Below, one piece after another: positions 14,001 through 25,385 of a DNA stretch of 64,000 bases (positions within the stretch are counted from its first letter, which is position 1; every line of letters starts with the position of its first letter). A program made the position numbers and the translations under genes. The notes under the pieces were generated by a model. That model was given only the letters and a program-made list of their open reading frames with translations. It did not search any database and was not told where the DNA came from. Location of the stretch: contig OZ218960.1 of assembly GCA_965112735.1 (NCBI GenBank), positions 1,922,001 through 1,986,000 of the forward strand, in the 5' to 3' direction. The stretch comes from Phaeosaccion multiseriatum (lineage: Eukaryota; Protista; Ochrophyta, other classes).

Positions 14001-16899
14001 GCAGTTCTTGGCGAGGCTTGCGAGCTCTTGGTCCCCCACCTTGTTGCAGAAGCTCAGGTTAAGCTTCTCCAGCAAAGGGCAGCCGTTGAATAACTGCCGG
14101 GGGGGGGGGTCAGTAAGAGAGAGAGAGGGGAAATAGAGAGAGAGCGAGACCAGCAGACAGGCCGACACAGGTGAAGAGAAGGAAAGGAAAGGCACTCCCT
14201 TTGGCTGGACTATACTTGATTATCGACATCAAGTATCCTCATCGATTATCCACCTCTTGATTGGACAATACATTTTCCTGTGGTGTCTCATACCGTGCAT
14301 ACGGGTAGGGTCTAACCAACTGAAAGTGGTACTGAATGCCTCCTCACATATGTCAAATGGCGACAATCTGACTGACTCACTCACTCACTCACTCACTCAA
14401 TCACTCAATCACTCACTCACTCACTCACTCACTCAATCACTCAATCACTCAATCACTCAATCACTCACTCACTCAATCACTCACTCACTCACTCACTCAC
14501 TCACTCACTCACTCACTCACTCAATCACTCACTCACTCACTCACTCACTCAATCACTCAATCACTCACTCACTCACTCACTCACTCAATCACTCACTCAC
14601 TGACTGACCTTGGTGAGCACCCAACGGCTGATCTGACGACACCCAGCCAAGTTGAGCTCTCGCAGCTCAGGGCAGCACTCTCCGACGACGGCCACGCCAG
14701 GCCCTGTCACAGAGGTACAGTTGGCCATCTCCAGGACCTGTGTGTGTGTGTTGGGGGGGGGGGGTGTTTACACAAGACACGCACGCACACACACGCGCAC
14801 ACAAACATGCACACACGCACACACATACATACATACATACATACACGCATACACGCACGCGCACACGCCCACACACACACGCACGCACACGCACACACAA
14901 AGAGGGGTAAGAGGTCCACATACGCCGCCCGCAGACAGCAAAACGAAGCAGAGCGACATGAAGGAATGCTGCGTACAACCGCTATCCGCACCCTCCCAGC
15001 AGACAGAGCGACAAGAAAGGAGTGCGGCCCTCCCTCCCAGCAGACAGAGAAGGCAAGAAAGGCGTGCGGTGTGGAGTCGTGGCGTAGCACATGAGGGGGA
15101 GGGAGGGATACACGGTTTGAGAGCTCTCAAAGGTCCCCCTTAACGCCCGGTCACCTTCCCTTCCCTCTCCTCTCCTTCCCGCGTCGGAAAAGGACGGAAA
15201 GTCTATTCCTTCTCCTCCCTCTTGTCGTGGTCTCTGACCATGGGGCGGGAAGCACCCCCCTTCCTTCCCTTCCTTCCCTTCCTTCCCTCCCTTTTCCCTG
15301 CCCTGCCCTCCCTCCCCTTCTTGACATGCAAACAACACCAACCAACCAACCAACCAACCAACCAACCAACGAACGTGCCTGCAACCTCCGGCACGACGTG
15401 GCCAAAGTCCTGATGCTGACGTCCGTGACAAGACTCGCGTCACTAATGTCCACGAATCTGAGGCTGCGGCACCCCTCCCCCAGCGCCGATAGTCCCAAGT
15501 CGCCCACGTGAGCGGCTCCGTTGAGATTCACCTCCCTTAGCCCTTCGCTGTCGGTAAAGGTGCCCACGGCCTTGTCGTAAGCAAGGCGCCTCATCTGGTG
15601 TAGGTATTGGCGCTCTCTCCAGCTCACCATGGCTTTGGGGTCCATGGAAGCCTCCATCTCTGCAGAGGCGGTGGGAGTGACCAGAGGGAGGGAGGGACGG
15701 AGGGAGGGAGGGAGGGAGGGAGGGAGGGAGGGGGTGTTAGCTACACGTTGTCATGGACTGGACTGGAGTGCGCGGGGCAGGAGGAGATAATTTGGGACAT
15801 ATTCTCCGTTTTCCATCCATTCCCTTCTTTCATCCCATCCATGCATTCATCCGACTCAAGAGAGGAGCAGCAACTTGCGCTCGTTTCTCTCTCTCATCAG
15901 AGCATGTTTCTCTCTCTCATCAGAGCATGTTCGGAGCTCTGGGATACCGATGCACTCTCCCCATGGAAGTGCAGCAGCACGTCACCCCTCGTGGAAGCCC
16001 CCCACCTCCCCATTCTCTCTCTCTCTCTCTCTTTCCCTCCCTCCTTAGAAGTGCGCCTGTAATGCTTGCCGTGAAGTTGAGTAAAGTGGGCAGTCGAGTT
16101 GGAGCAGTGACGTACCTTCGAGTGTCATGTCTTCCTCGAAGCTGGTGAAGCCTGCAGGAGGAGGGGGCGTGGGGGGAAAGCTTTTGGTCGCCACTCCACC
16201 TTCACCTCCTGCTGCTGGGAGACTTGTTCCTGAGCCGCGAGAAGGCCGTGCCGTTCCTTCCTCCCGAGCCGTATCTGTCCCCCTTCTTGATACCCGCTGG
16301 CCCCCGATGCCTGCGATGCCCTCCTTCTTGACATGGGCGGCCACTTGAGCCTCCGCGCTCTCTCTGGCCTTGCGGTGAATACGCTCCAAGTTCAGCCTGG
16401 CCGCCGTCTGCAGAGTGCTGTCCTTCACCACCAGAGTCCATCTACTCAGGTCAAGCGCATGCGGGTTGGATGTCCGACTGGCCCCAAAGAAGTCACCGTT
16501 GCCGTAATGGTCTGGTAGGCAGAGCTCCTCTGGCACCTCATCGTACGGCAAGGCTGCGGTATTCCCCACCGCCTTGATGGCATTGTTGAGCTGCTCACTC
16601 GCCGCGGCAGCTCCACCAATCGTCACACTACTCTTGCTTACAGCACTGTTCGTGTCGTTGTTGATTGCTGTTGTAATTGTTGCGGTCCCCCCGCCGCCTC
16701 TTTCTCCTCCTGCTGACGAAGAAGGCGCCGGCCCGACGTTGGCTGCCTTTCCACCTGCACTGGGGGGGGATGCCATCGCAAGAGGAACACCACTTCCTCG
16801 CCTCTTTAGAGCCGACCCTCTTCGCTTAGATACATCACCAGGGCTGCTACCCAGGCTCTTCGTCGGAGCCGAGGCCGCTGGGGCCACCTCCAAGCCCAT
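4279..16899 (-). CDS. About 1480-aa protein with Cys-containing (FBXL/AMN1-type) leucine-rich repeats, multiple IQ motifs, WW domains and a B-box-like zinc finger
   Basis: 24 phase-consistent exons: 16116-16899, 15379-15659, 14609-14737, 13962-14093, 13539-13692, 13180-13241, 12723-12942, 12390-12545, 11971-12173, 11749-11866, 11187-11305, 10231-10368, 9746-9894, 8824-8911, 8252-8299, 7651-7717, 7331-7445, 6972-7150, 6420-6718, 6110-6226, 5749-5902, 5232-5487, 4728-4977, 4279-4503. Motifs: LRR-CC ([27 protein letters not shown]), IQ (IQRVWRG, IQRHYRG, IQRRYRG), WW (WKEMFD...[15 protein letters not shown]; WEVHFDD...[15 protein letters not shown]), B-box (CSDC...[25 protein letters not shown]). 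Confidence 0.88.
4995..5130. repeat. About 21-bp minisatellite (CAGCAGCATCAGTTGGTGATA, about 6 copies) in an intron
   Basis: Near-identical tandem units; the core also occurs dispersed elsewhere (see findings). Confidence 0.95.
8468..8589. repeat. (CCT)n intronic microsatellite
   Basis: Read directly. Confidence 0.95.
9054..9720. repeat. 10-bp satellite (CCTCCTCTCC)n, about 65 units, in an intron
   Basis: Read directly; degenerate copies are interspersed. Confidence 0.95.
10403..10790. repeat. (GGTA)n intronic microsatellite; a second tract lies at about 11538-11622
   Basis: Read directly. Confidence 0.95.
13288..13462. repeat. (GGGA)n intronic microsatellite; also at about 11330-11419, 41075-41125 and 46555-46610
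   Basis: Read directly; reads (UCCC)n on the sense strand upstream of acceptors. Confidence 0.95.
14370..14605. repeat. (CACT/CAAT)n intronic microsatellite
   Basis: Read directly; reads (GUGA)n on the sense strand right after the donor at 14608. Confidence 0.95.
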
Positions 16900-17971
16900 G
16901 CTGAGCCAGTAGAGAGGCCGCAAGCGAGAAGAAAAAATCTGTAACGCCAATTTTTGGAGGACCAACATGTGAATAAAACACACACCACACAGCCACTCAC
17001 ACCACAGGGGAGAGAGACAGGCGCCAACAGAACCATACGTGATAGAGCAAAAACGCCCCGCACTGCAGAAAAGGAAAAAGTGGGGTGGAGCGGGCCTACT
17101 AACTACTAACTGAGCAAGCAAGTGTTTCAGCGGGCGGTGCAAGGGAAGTTGCGGCAAGAGCTTGAAGGCATTTGGAGTGAGAGTTTGAAAGTTTCGGCAT
17201 TTGTAAGTAGACAACGAGACACGTAAACAACAGTGTTGTACGAGGTATTTAATTCTGCCTCCACCCATGTCCCGTCTCGATGTCCCCGTCTCGATGCCCC
17301 ACGCAGTGCCTCCCTCGCCGCGCTCCATCACTCTTTGCTTGAGCTCAATGCATGGACCTAGTAACATGGTGCTCTTGCTGCCGTCTGCCGTTGGTACGTG
17401 CATGCGTGTGCGTGGGTGTGTGCCCCTCCCTGTGCCCCATGCTCCAAGCGAAACTAAAGTTCCTTTCTAGAGCAATCGTGTCGTCGCCCGTTGCCCGGTG
17501 CCCGGTGCCCCAATCGAAAAGGCAAGGAGAGGCAAGGTGGATAATCCTTTTATCCTTTGCCTGGGCGCTGAGGCGACTCTCGCTGGCTCGCATCCCTTGT
17601 GCGGCACGTGGGTTCAATTGTGACGTGGCCATTGCCCGCATGGCACGGCAGAGCACGGCACGCACCTACGCCTCGAGCCGGACGGACCGTGGGGGCAGGC
17701 AGAGCAGTCGACTAGTCGTGCTCCTGCCTACTCGTGCTTCTCTGCTCGTGCGCTACCTCACCGCACGTCAATCTGCACGTACGACCAATTGAGCCCCCTC
17801 CGCCGCCCTCCGTGGACTCAACCCCCCGCCCCCCCCTCGTGCGTTTCCTCCTTTGAAGAGAAGCGCTCTTGCTTTAGACGGACACCTTTCTATCCCCTGT
17901 GACTCAAGATCACATCGGGAGGTAATATAAGACGGCGTCAGTTTAAGCAAAAGCGCCTCTCTCGACACCCC

Positions 17972-18998
17972 TCACCTCCCAGTGAGCAGGCTGAACATCA
18001 CCCCGGAGCCGATGAGAACACCCGCTACCACGACGGGGTTGTCGGTGGACAGGAAGAAGGGCTCCACCTCTCCCTGTGGCACCTTCCTGAATTTGCGCTT
18101 CCTCTGCTCAAGCCAGTCCGTGAAGAACCAGGACTAAGGTTACGCACGTGCGTGTGCGCGCGTTTGCACCGAGGGTGTCGAGAAAGGAGTGGAGGAAGAC
18201 AGCGAAGGCGGCGACGTAAGGGGTGCACGCACTTGGGAAGAGGAATCATTTGCGTGTGCTTCCATCTCACTGGGTGCACTCTTTCTCTCACTCTCGCTCT
18301 CGCTCTCTCTCAGACAGGCAGGCAAACACGCTCTCCTCGCCAACGAAATGAATTCACCATCCCTTTGATCGCACTACGTCAACACACCTCGACTCTTCGC
18401 TCCCCTGCGCCGCCAGGTGAGCGGTCCGCTTCCAGATCTCCCAAATAAGCTCCAAGCTCTCCCTGCGTATGGACACGAGGCAATCCAAGGAACGAGCAAG
18501 CAGTTGGGGTGCGCTTAGCCAAGGGGAGAGTGGGCATTTGGAGAAGAGGGTGGTAGAGCACTGTGTGGGAGAGAGGCAGGCATAGGGGAGCTCGGAAAGA
18601 CAGCAGCTCACCTTTCTCTTGCTCCTGCTCAAGGCAACCCGCTCTCCGGGCACGAGCTTATACCACCAGAACCAGCCCACTGCTATCGAGACGCCGAGTG
18701 CCAAGAAACTCGGAGCGGCCAGTGAGAAGTCTGGTTCAAAGGTCACAGGAGGAGCGGAAGCGGCTTCACCGATTGCACCACCTAATGATGCGGCTGCACC
18801 TTCGACATCCCAGGCTGCTGAAGCTTGAATCCGAGGAACTGAATCTCTCTGCGCTTGCCTACCGCCAGGACGTAATTGTGTGCCCCTGCTACTCGTGCGC
18901 TGGTGCACTATCGTCGAGCCGAGGCCCGTCAGGCTAAACGCAGACGCGGAAAGGAGAGAGCTGAAGAAGGCGATCGCCCACAACCAAGGTCCAAACAT
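17972..18998 (-). CDS. Nucleus-encoded, plastid-targeted small membrane protein of unknown function
   Basis: Exons 18612-18998, 18388-18462 and 17972-18133, all GT-AG, phase 0. N-terminus MFGPWLWAIAFFSSLLSASA|FSL is a signal peptide plus ASAFAP-type motif, followed by an S/T/R-rich transit-like peptide. Two hydrophobic segments (FLALGVSIAVGWFWW; VVVAGVLIGSGVMFSLL). Confidence 0.75.
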
Positions 18999-19217
18999 CC
19001 TTTGCGTGAGCGGTGAGTGTGATTGAATCAGACGCTGCTGCTGAGTCACGCACCAGCCAAGTGTGTGCGATGGTTCTTCGGTTCACAAATGGGTCCGAAA
19101 CTGGAGAGAAGGGAAGGGAATCCAAGTGGTCATTGCACGCTTTCCATGACACGCAGCAACAGGAGTAGGCCATAGAGCACAGCAAGGGGGATCCAGTGTG
19201 AAGTCCTCTGTAGGGCC

Positions 19218-21939
19218 ATGAGGTACATTGGGTGGGAGGAAGCCCACACGCTCATGAGGACGACGAGCGGAGGGAGGACTCGGAGAAGCAGGGACTTTGC
19301 CGAGAACGACCGACTCAACAGAACCAGAAGCAGCAGGGGGAGGCTGCAGGAATGGATGGGAGAAGATTTTTCAGAAGAAGCGAGGAGGGGGGGGTGCTGC
19401 AGCGGGTATTGCATCGCCAAGGCAGCGCTTGTGGCGGGTTTGCTTGGCACGGTCTTTGTCATGGGCGTGCAGGCGAGTCATGTGTGGGGGCAGCAGCACT
19501 AGAGTTGGACTTTACTTCTCCATCAGTGTACTCAATCTATTCGCCCCCAAGACTCGCCACCCGCTGCTGGTGCTGACGATTGATCTTTGTATTTGTACCA
19601 ACCCCCCCCTTCTCCCCGCAGACGGGCATGCATGGAGCCCACATCAATCTGAATGACCCATCGCACTTCATGACAAACTTGTCTCCTCGAGATCAGCTCA
19701 AAGCAGCTGGGGGAGAGAGCTGGAGCCAGCTGCAGTCGCAGCAGTCGGTAGAAAGGCCCTTGCAGGACGGGCAGTATAATGGGGGAGAAGAGGGGAAAGA
19801 AGGGAGGGAGGGAGGGAAAAGGCAGGAGCAACAAGAGCAAAGAAGGGAGACAGTGCAGCAAGGGCAAGGGCCAGAAGTAGGAGCCAGTGTACCTGCCCAT
19901 CCTGTCCATCATCGGCAGGCAATAGAGCAGCAGCAGCAACCGCTGCCGCACTCGCGGAAACCTCAGGGAGCGGCGCAGGAAGTGGCAGCATCAGCATCAT
20001 CAGCTCGGGAAGTACCAGCGGGCGGATCTACAGGGCAAGCGAGAGCAAGTGTACCACCACTAGCGCCTGCAGCAGCAGCGGGAGAGCAATCAGGAGGTGG
20101 GGGTGGTCAAGGCGAGGGGAGCGGAACATCGGCAGAAGCAGAAGCTTCACACCTTGCACCGCTCGTACCGCCGGGCTTCAACTTTTCACCCAAGGTGCGA
20201 TGAAGCAAGCAGGAGCTCAGAAAAACTCTATTCACACGCATGGAACGTAAGAGGGAGGGGTGCCCAGGACCTAGAGGCTCTTGGAAGCTGCTCTCCTTGC
20301 GATGCGAGGTGTCTGTGTGGGCACTGCCTCGCTTGTTCAGTATGAGTGTCGATGTTGAGCGTCTCTCCTCCCCGCCGAGGAAAGCCCTTCGCGAACGAAC
20401 GAACGAATGAAGGAACGAGGGACTGGGTCGTGTCTTGCTCTTGCGACGTTATTGGCCCCTTCCATCCCAAACTCCAAATTGTCCCACCCTCCTACCCTCC
20501 CACCCACCACCTCTTGCCCCCCCCCCCGTTCATCCCTTACACGGACACACTCACTCGCATCTCCCGCTCCTCACCGCACCTCCTTCAGGTTACATGCTTC
20601 ACCTCACCACATGCCCGTGTTTGCCCTGACCTTCCTCCCCTGCTCCTTGCTCTCTCCCTCCCCCCCACTCCCCTCCCCTCTCCCCTCCCTTCACCCTCCC
20701 CTCCCTTCACCCTCCCCTCCATCTCCTCTCACCTTCCTATTCACAGATGATGGCAGGCCCAATTGAGCAATACCTCTCTGCCGGTCACAAGCTGCCCATA
20801 CTCCTCATCACTTGCGACAGGGCGGAGCTGCTCAAAGAGACGTTACGCTCCCTGCAGAAAGTGCGTGGGCTTGACCTCGTCCGTGACGTGTTGGTGGTAC
20901 AGGATGGCGACGACAAGGCCGTAGCGCAGGTGCGTGCGTGGCGTGTGTGCGTGCGTGGCTTGTGTGCGTGGCATGTGTGTGTGTGTGTGCGTGCATGTGT
21001 GGTGGGCGATGACGTGTTGCTGACCCCATATCCTCACCCCCGCCAACCCTTTACCGCCCCTCTCTCAGCACCGCCCTGTCTGCCGGCTGCTGCTATAAAC
21101 GCCCTCCTCCTCCTCCTCCTCCTCCTCCTCCTCCTCCTCCTCCTCCTCCGCTTCCTCCCCATCCTCCTTCCCCTCCTCCTGCTGCTCCTCCTCCTCCGCT
21201 TCTTCTCGCCCGCCCCTGCCCCCTGCTGCTGCTCTGACTGACCGCCTCACTACCCTACGCGCGTCCCCCGATACGGATGAAGCGCAGGCGGTAAAGTCCT
21301 TCGGCATGACCCTGGAACAACACGTGGACCGCAAGAGGAGCAACACCAAAGACGGCGCCGTCCTCATCGCGCAGCACTACAAGTACGCTCTCACGCACGC
21401 TTTCAACAAGGTACGTACGAGCACGAGAGAGGACGTAAGAGGACGTAAGAGTACGTACGATGTGTGAGAGGATCGTATGAAGGAGAATGTGAGGCCGTGG
21501 CAAAGAAGGTGGGGTGGGGAAGGGGAAGGAGGGGGGGGGGTTGTGTGCACACGGGTCGAGAGAGTGCCTTAGCGCTTACCAACACACACGCACACACACA
21601 CGCGCGCGCACACGCACAGCCGCACCCGTCTGTCACTGCAGGTAGCGCTCATCCCTCCGCTTGTCCATCTTGGTCTTTGTGTTTTACGACTCGTCTCCCT
21701 CATGTCCGTGCGTGTTTTTTGAACTTGGGCTTTGACGTGTTCCTCCTCCCCGTCCCCCCCCCCCTCCCAGCGGCCCGACGCCCCTGGAGTGATAATTGTT
21801 GAAGACGACATGCTCTTCTCGCCTGACTTTGTGGAGTACTTTGAAGCCAACGCACCCCTCTTGGAGAGGGACCCCAAGACCTTTGTTTTGAGCTCCTGGA
21901 ATGACAACGGCTTCCGAAGCATGGTATGTAAGCTTAAGT

Positions 21940-21970
<31 letters not shown>

Positions 21971-22322
21971 TGTATGTATGTCTCCCTAGATTGTCCTCTT
22001 TCTCTGGGATGGTTGACAGCACGACCGCATGGATCAAGGGCTAGAAAACTGAAACTAACAGCACAAGTACACAATGTCCCCCTCAGGTGAGCGACCCTGC
22101 CGAGCTGCAGCGGACGGAGTATTTCCCCGGCCTGGGCTGGTTGCTGCCCCGCCGCCTGTGGAAGGGAGAGCTGGAAGCCAAGTGGCCCAAGAAGCACTGG
22201 TCAGTGGCGAGGAGCGAGCCGCTGCAAGACCCCCTCCCTGGTGCCGCTCACCGCGTACCCCATGTCTGTCCGCTCGATACCTCCCCCCCTTGTCCCTCTT
22301 ACCCCCTCCGCACATGCTCGTC

Positions 22323-22357
<35 letters not shown>

Positions 22358-24521
22358 GTATCTCTCTGTTCTGTCTGTCTCTCTCGTTCTGTTGGTCTGT
22401 CTGTCTGTCTGTCTGTCGCTCTGTCTCTCTTATCTCAAGGGACCACTGGATGCGTTCGCCCGACCAACACGGGGGGCGGGAGAGTGTGTTCCCCGAGGTG
22501 CCGCGGATATACCACAACGGGGCCAAGGGGACGTTTATGGACGTCAAGTTACACGACAAACTCTTCAAGGACATTGACTACAATTTAGACGCATGTGAGT
22601 AGAGAGAGAGAGAAAAAGGGAGAGAGAGAGACATGGAGGAAAGACGTGGAGGGAGAGAGAGGAGGAGAGAGACAGAAGTCCCCTCACAGCGACGAAACTG
22701 AAATTCTGTCCCTTCTCCTCCCTTGCGCCTCCGCCTCCGCCTCCCTTTGCCCCTCCTCCCGCCTCTTTTCCCTTCCCCGCTGCCGCCCAACACGCACACA
22801 CACATACATACACACACACATACACACACAGCCTTCAGCTGGTCAAACTGCGCCTACACCCCCGCCCTCGTCCCCTGCTACGCACAAGCAGAGGCGTCCA
22901 ACTACGAGGCCCGTGTGGAGAGCAGGCTCAAGGCAGCGGTGCACACAAACGACCTTCTTGCGCTGGAGATGGAGCCGGGCGATGGGAGGGAGATCGCCTT
23001 CTGGTACAGGTGCGTGTGTGTGCGTGTGTGCGTGCGGGGGAAGGGCAGGTGGAGGGGACGTAACTTCCTCTAAACCACGTGTACGACGGCAGCCTGCCAG
23101 CAGCAGCAGCAGCAGCAGCAGTCATATGAGTAGAGCTAGGGTTCTGTCCTTCTCCTTTCCGTAGAGCAAGCGAGCGAGCGAAGTGCTCTACCTCTCGATC
23201 AGGCGCCTGACACCTGGCACCTGACACCTTCCTCCCCGCGCTCGGCTGCCCCGGTATCCTCTGCCCCGCCACCCCCCCCCCCTACTTCCTCGCTGCCTCT
23301 CTCTCTCTCTCTCTCAGCGTGCCTCCGGCCTCCATCGACAAGAACCCTTTGCTGTTCAAGCTGCTTGCCGGCACCTTCGGGCTCTGGCACGAGCTGCGCC
23401 GCACCAGCCACAAGGGGATGCATTCTTTCCACCACAGGTAACGCTCGATGTCGGTTTCGACCTCTTGATGGTCCATGTTGATCTCTTAGTACTCGGTATC
23501 GTCCTCTTGATATCCGATTTCGACCTCTGGGGGGGATGGACAATCATTGGCTGTGACTGGTATGGGTTTTAGGATGGGTTTGGGTTGCGGAAACTAACTC
23601 AAAACTCGAACTCAAACTCAAACTCAAACCACAGACCGAGCGAGGGCAAGGGCTTGCAGCACGTCATGCTCATCAACGCGGCTGAGACGGCATACAGCAA
23701 GTGGAAGCCCAAGGACCTCCCTCCTGCCACTGAGGCAGACGTTAGGAGAGCCGTCGGAGGGTGAGTGAGGGAGGGGAGGGAGGGAGAGAGGGGGGGAGAG
23801 AGGGAGAGGGAGGGAGAGGAGGGAGGGAGGGAGTGAGATGCAGGGACAAGGCGAAGCGACATGCAAGCTTGTGTTCGCTGCCAATCTTCAATGCCCTCCA
23901 CCACTCACTCCCTTTCTTCGGTGCCCCAGTCAGATGCTCTCCGCACCGATTAGCATACACTTTCACTCTCACTCTCTCACACGCTCACCCACCCACCCTC
24001 CACCCACCCCTTGTGATGTCTTCACCCTTGTCCGTGTCGGTGGCTGGTGGTGCTCTCCCCCCTCCTCCTCGCACACAATCATCCTCGCAAACACCACCAA
24101 CCACACCACCAACCAACGAACCCTCAGGGGCGCCTCCGCGGTGACAGTGGCGAGGAATCGCGCTCGGCAGCTCGACGAGGCACGCAAGGGAGGGCTCCGC
24201 GTCATCCCCTCGACCGTTACAGAACAGAGCTGCACAGACACGTGTGCTGCCGCAGGAGACGGGCTGCGGTGCGTGGCTTCCCTGCTGCCCGCCCTGAACG
24301 AGTGTTCTGTCATGAAAAAGTACTTCCCGTGCCAAACGTGTGGAGGAAGCTTTGGGGCAGAGCAACCCGCCTATGTGGTCACCTCCGTGGAGTTTGGAGG
24401 GGTTTTGCCGGGCGGGGCGGAGCAGAATGCGGGACAGTGTCTCCTTACTTCCGACCCGGACAAGTCTACGTGCGAGGCCGGCCATGCCGTGACAAAGAGG
24501 CTGTGCCCCTGTCAGAAGTGA
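19218..24521 (+). CDS. GT13 beta-1,2-N-acetylglucosaminyltransferase (GnT-I/POMGnT1-like) with C-terminal MGAT5-like Cys-rich domain
   Basis: 11 exons: 19218-19472, 19622-20194, 20747-20929, 21288-21410, 21771-21923, 22087-22199, 22440-22594, 22832-23009, 23318-23437, 23635-23760, 24128-24521. Type II TM anchor; PILLITCDR; VVQDG; IAQHYKYAL; VIIVEDDM (EDD motif); SSWNDNG; RTEYFPGLGW; WDHWMR; PEVPR. Confidence 0.9.
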
Positions 24522-25160
24522 TTCTTGCCCCCAAGGGAAGGGCTTGACGTCGTGCCTTGACTTGTGTCGCTGTCATCGCAGTCAGGGTTGAGCGTTGTAT
24601 GTACTTGGCTTGGCTTGGCTTGCATGGACTGGCACACGCTTGTATGTGTATGCGTTTTTTTTGTATGTAAGTACATAAATGAGTGTATATGAGTGTGTGC
24701 TTGTGTGCGTGGGTGTGGATGGGTGTGTGTGCTTGTGTGTGTGTGTGTGTGTGGGTGGGTGGGTGTGGGTGTGTGTGCATGTACGTGTATGTACGCTGCC
24801 TATTTGAGAGTTGAGTCCTTGAGACAGCCTTCCATTAGACGGGCGGCCTTGATTTGTTTCTATATTATAATACATTTTGTATATTTCTTCCATCAGTCAT
24901 GTACACTTCCCCTCTTGCTCTACACGCAGAGGAGGGGAGCGAGAGCGGTAAGTCCCTGACTGACTCCTCTCACTCGTCCCTCCTCTTCTTGTTGGGTCGG
25001 GAGATACCCAATGCCACATGGGTCATGTCCTACAGTAGTTATGTACCCCACACTTGATACAAAAAGTTGGAAACCTCTGCCGTACTCGTCCCAAACAGTT
25101 CCATGACGGAGCCACGAGAGGATAGACACCATTGCTTGCTGTGAGGCATTTGTAGTCCAT

Positions 25161-25253
25161 TTCTTCCTTCGTCTGAGTGGGACAGTTGTTATCCATTCCT
25201 TCCTTCGTCTGAGTGGGGCAGTTATCAGTTCCTTCCTTCGTCTGAGTGGGGCA
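25161..25253. repeat. Three tandem 33-36-bp units with core TTCCTTCGTCTGAGTGGG
   Basis: Read directly; lies between the GT13 and cupin 3' ends. Confidence 0.9.
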
Positions 25254-25385
25254 TCGGATCGGGCTTGGGGTACCTCCTCTCCAGCCTCCATGGCAGGGAG
25301 GGAGATAAAAAGATGCCGTTTCAGAATTGCCTCAAACGAAAGAAGCCAAGCCTCACAATGGCATCATCGTATCGCTCGCTCCCCT

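Noticed and set aside
16900-17403. N-terminal extension of ORF 16045..17403
   Set aside because: Composition is non-coding-like. The ATG at 16899 starts the low-complexity N-terminus, and the upstream part is probably UTR or promoter.
24920-25291. 123-aa minus-strand ORF with PLRRRKE repeats as a gene
   Set aside because: It is explained by the 33-36-bp tandem repeat directly downstream of the cupin stop and has no recognisable domain.
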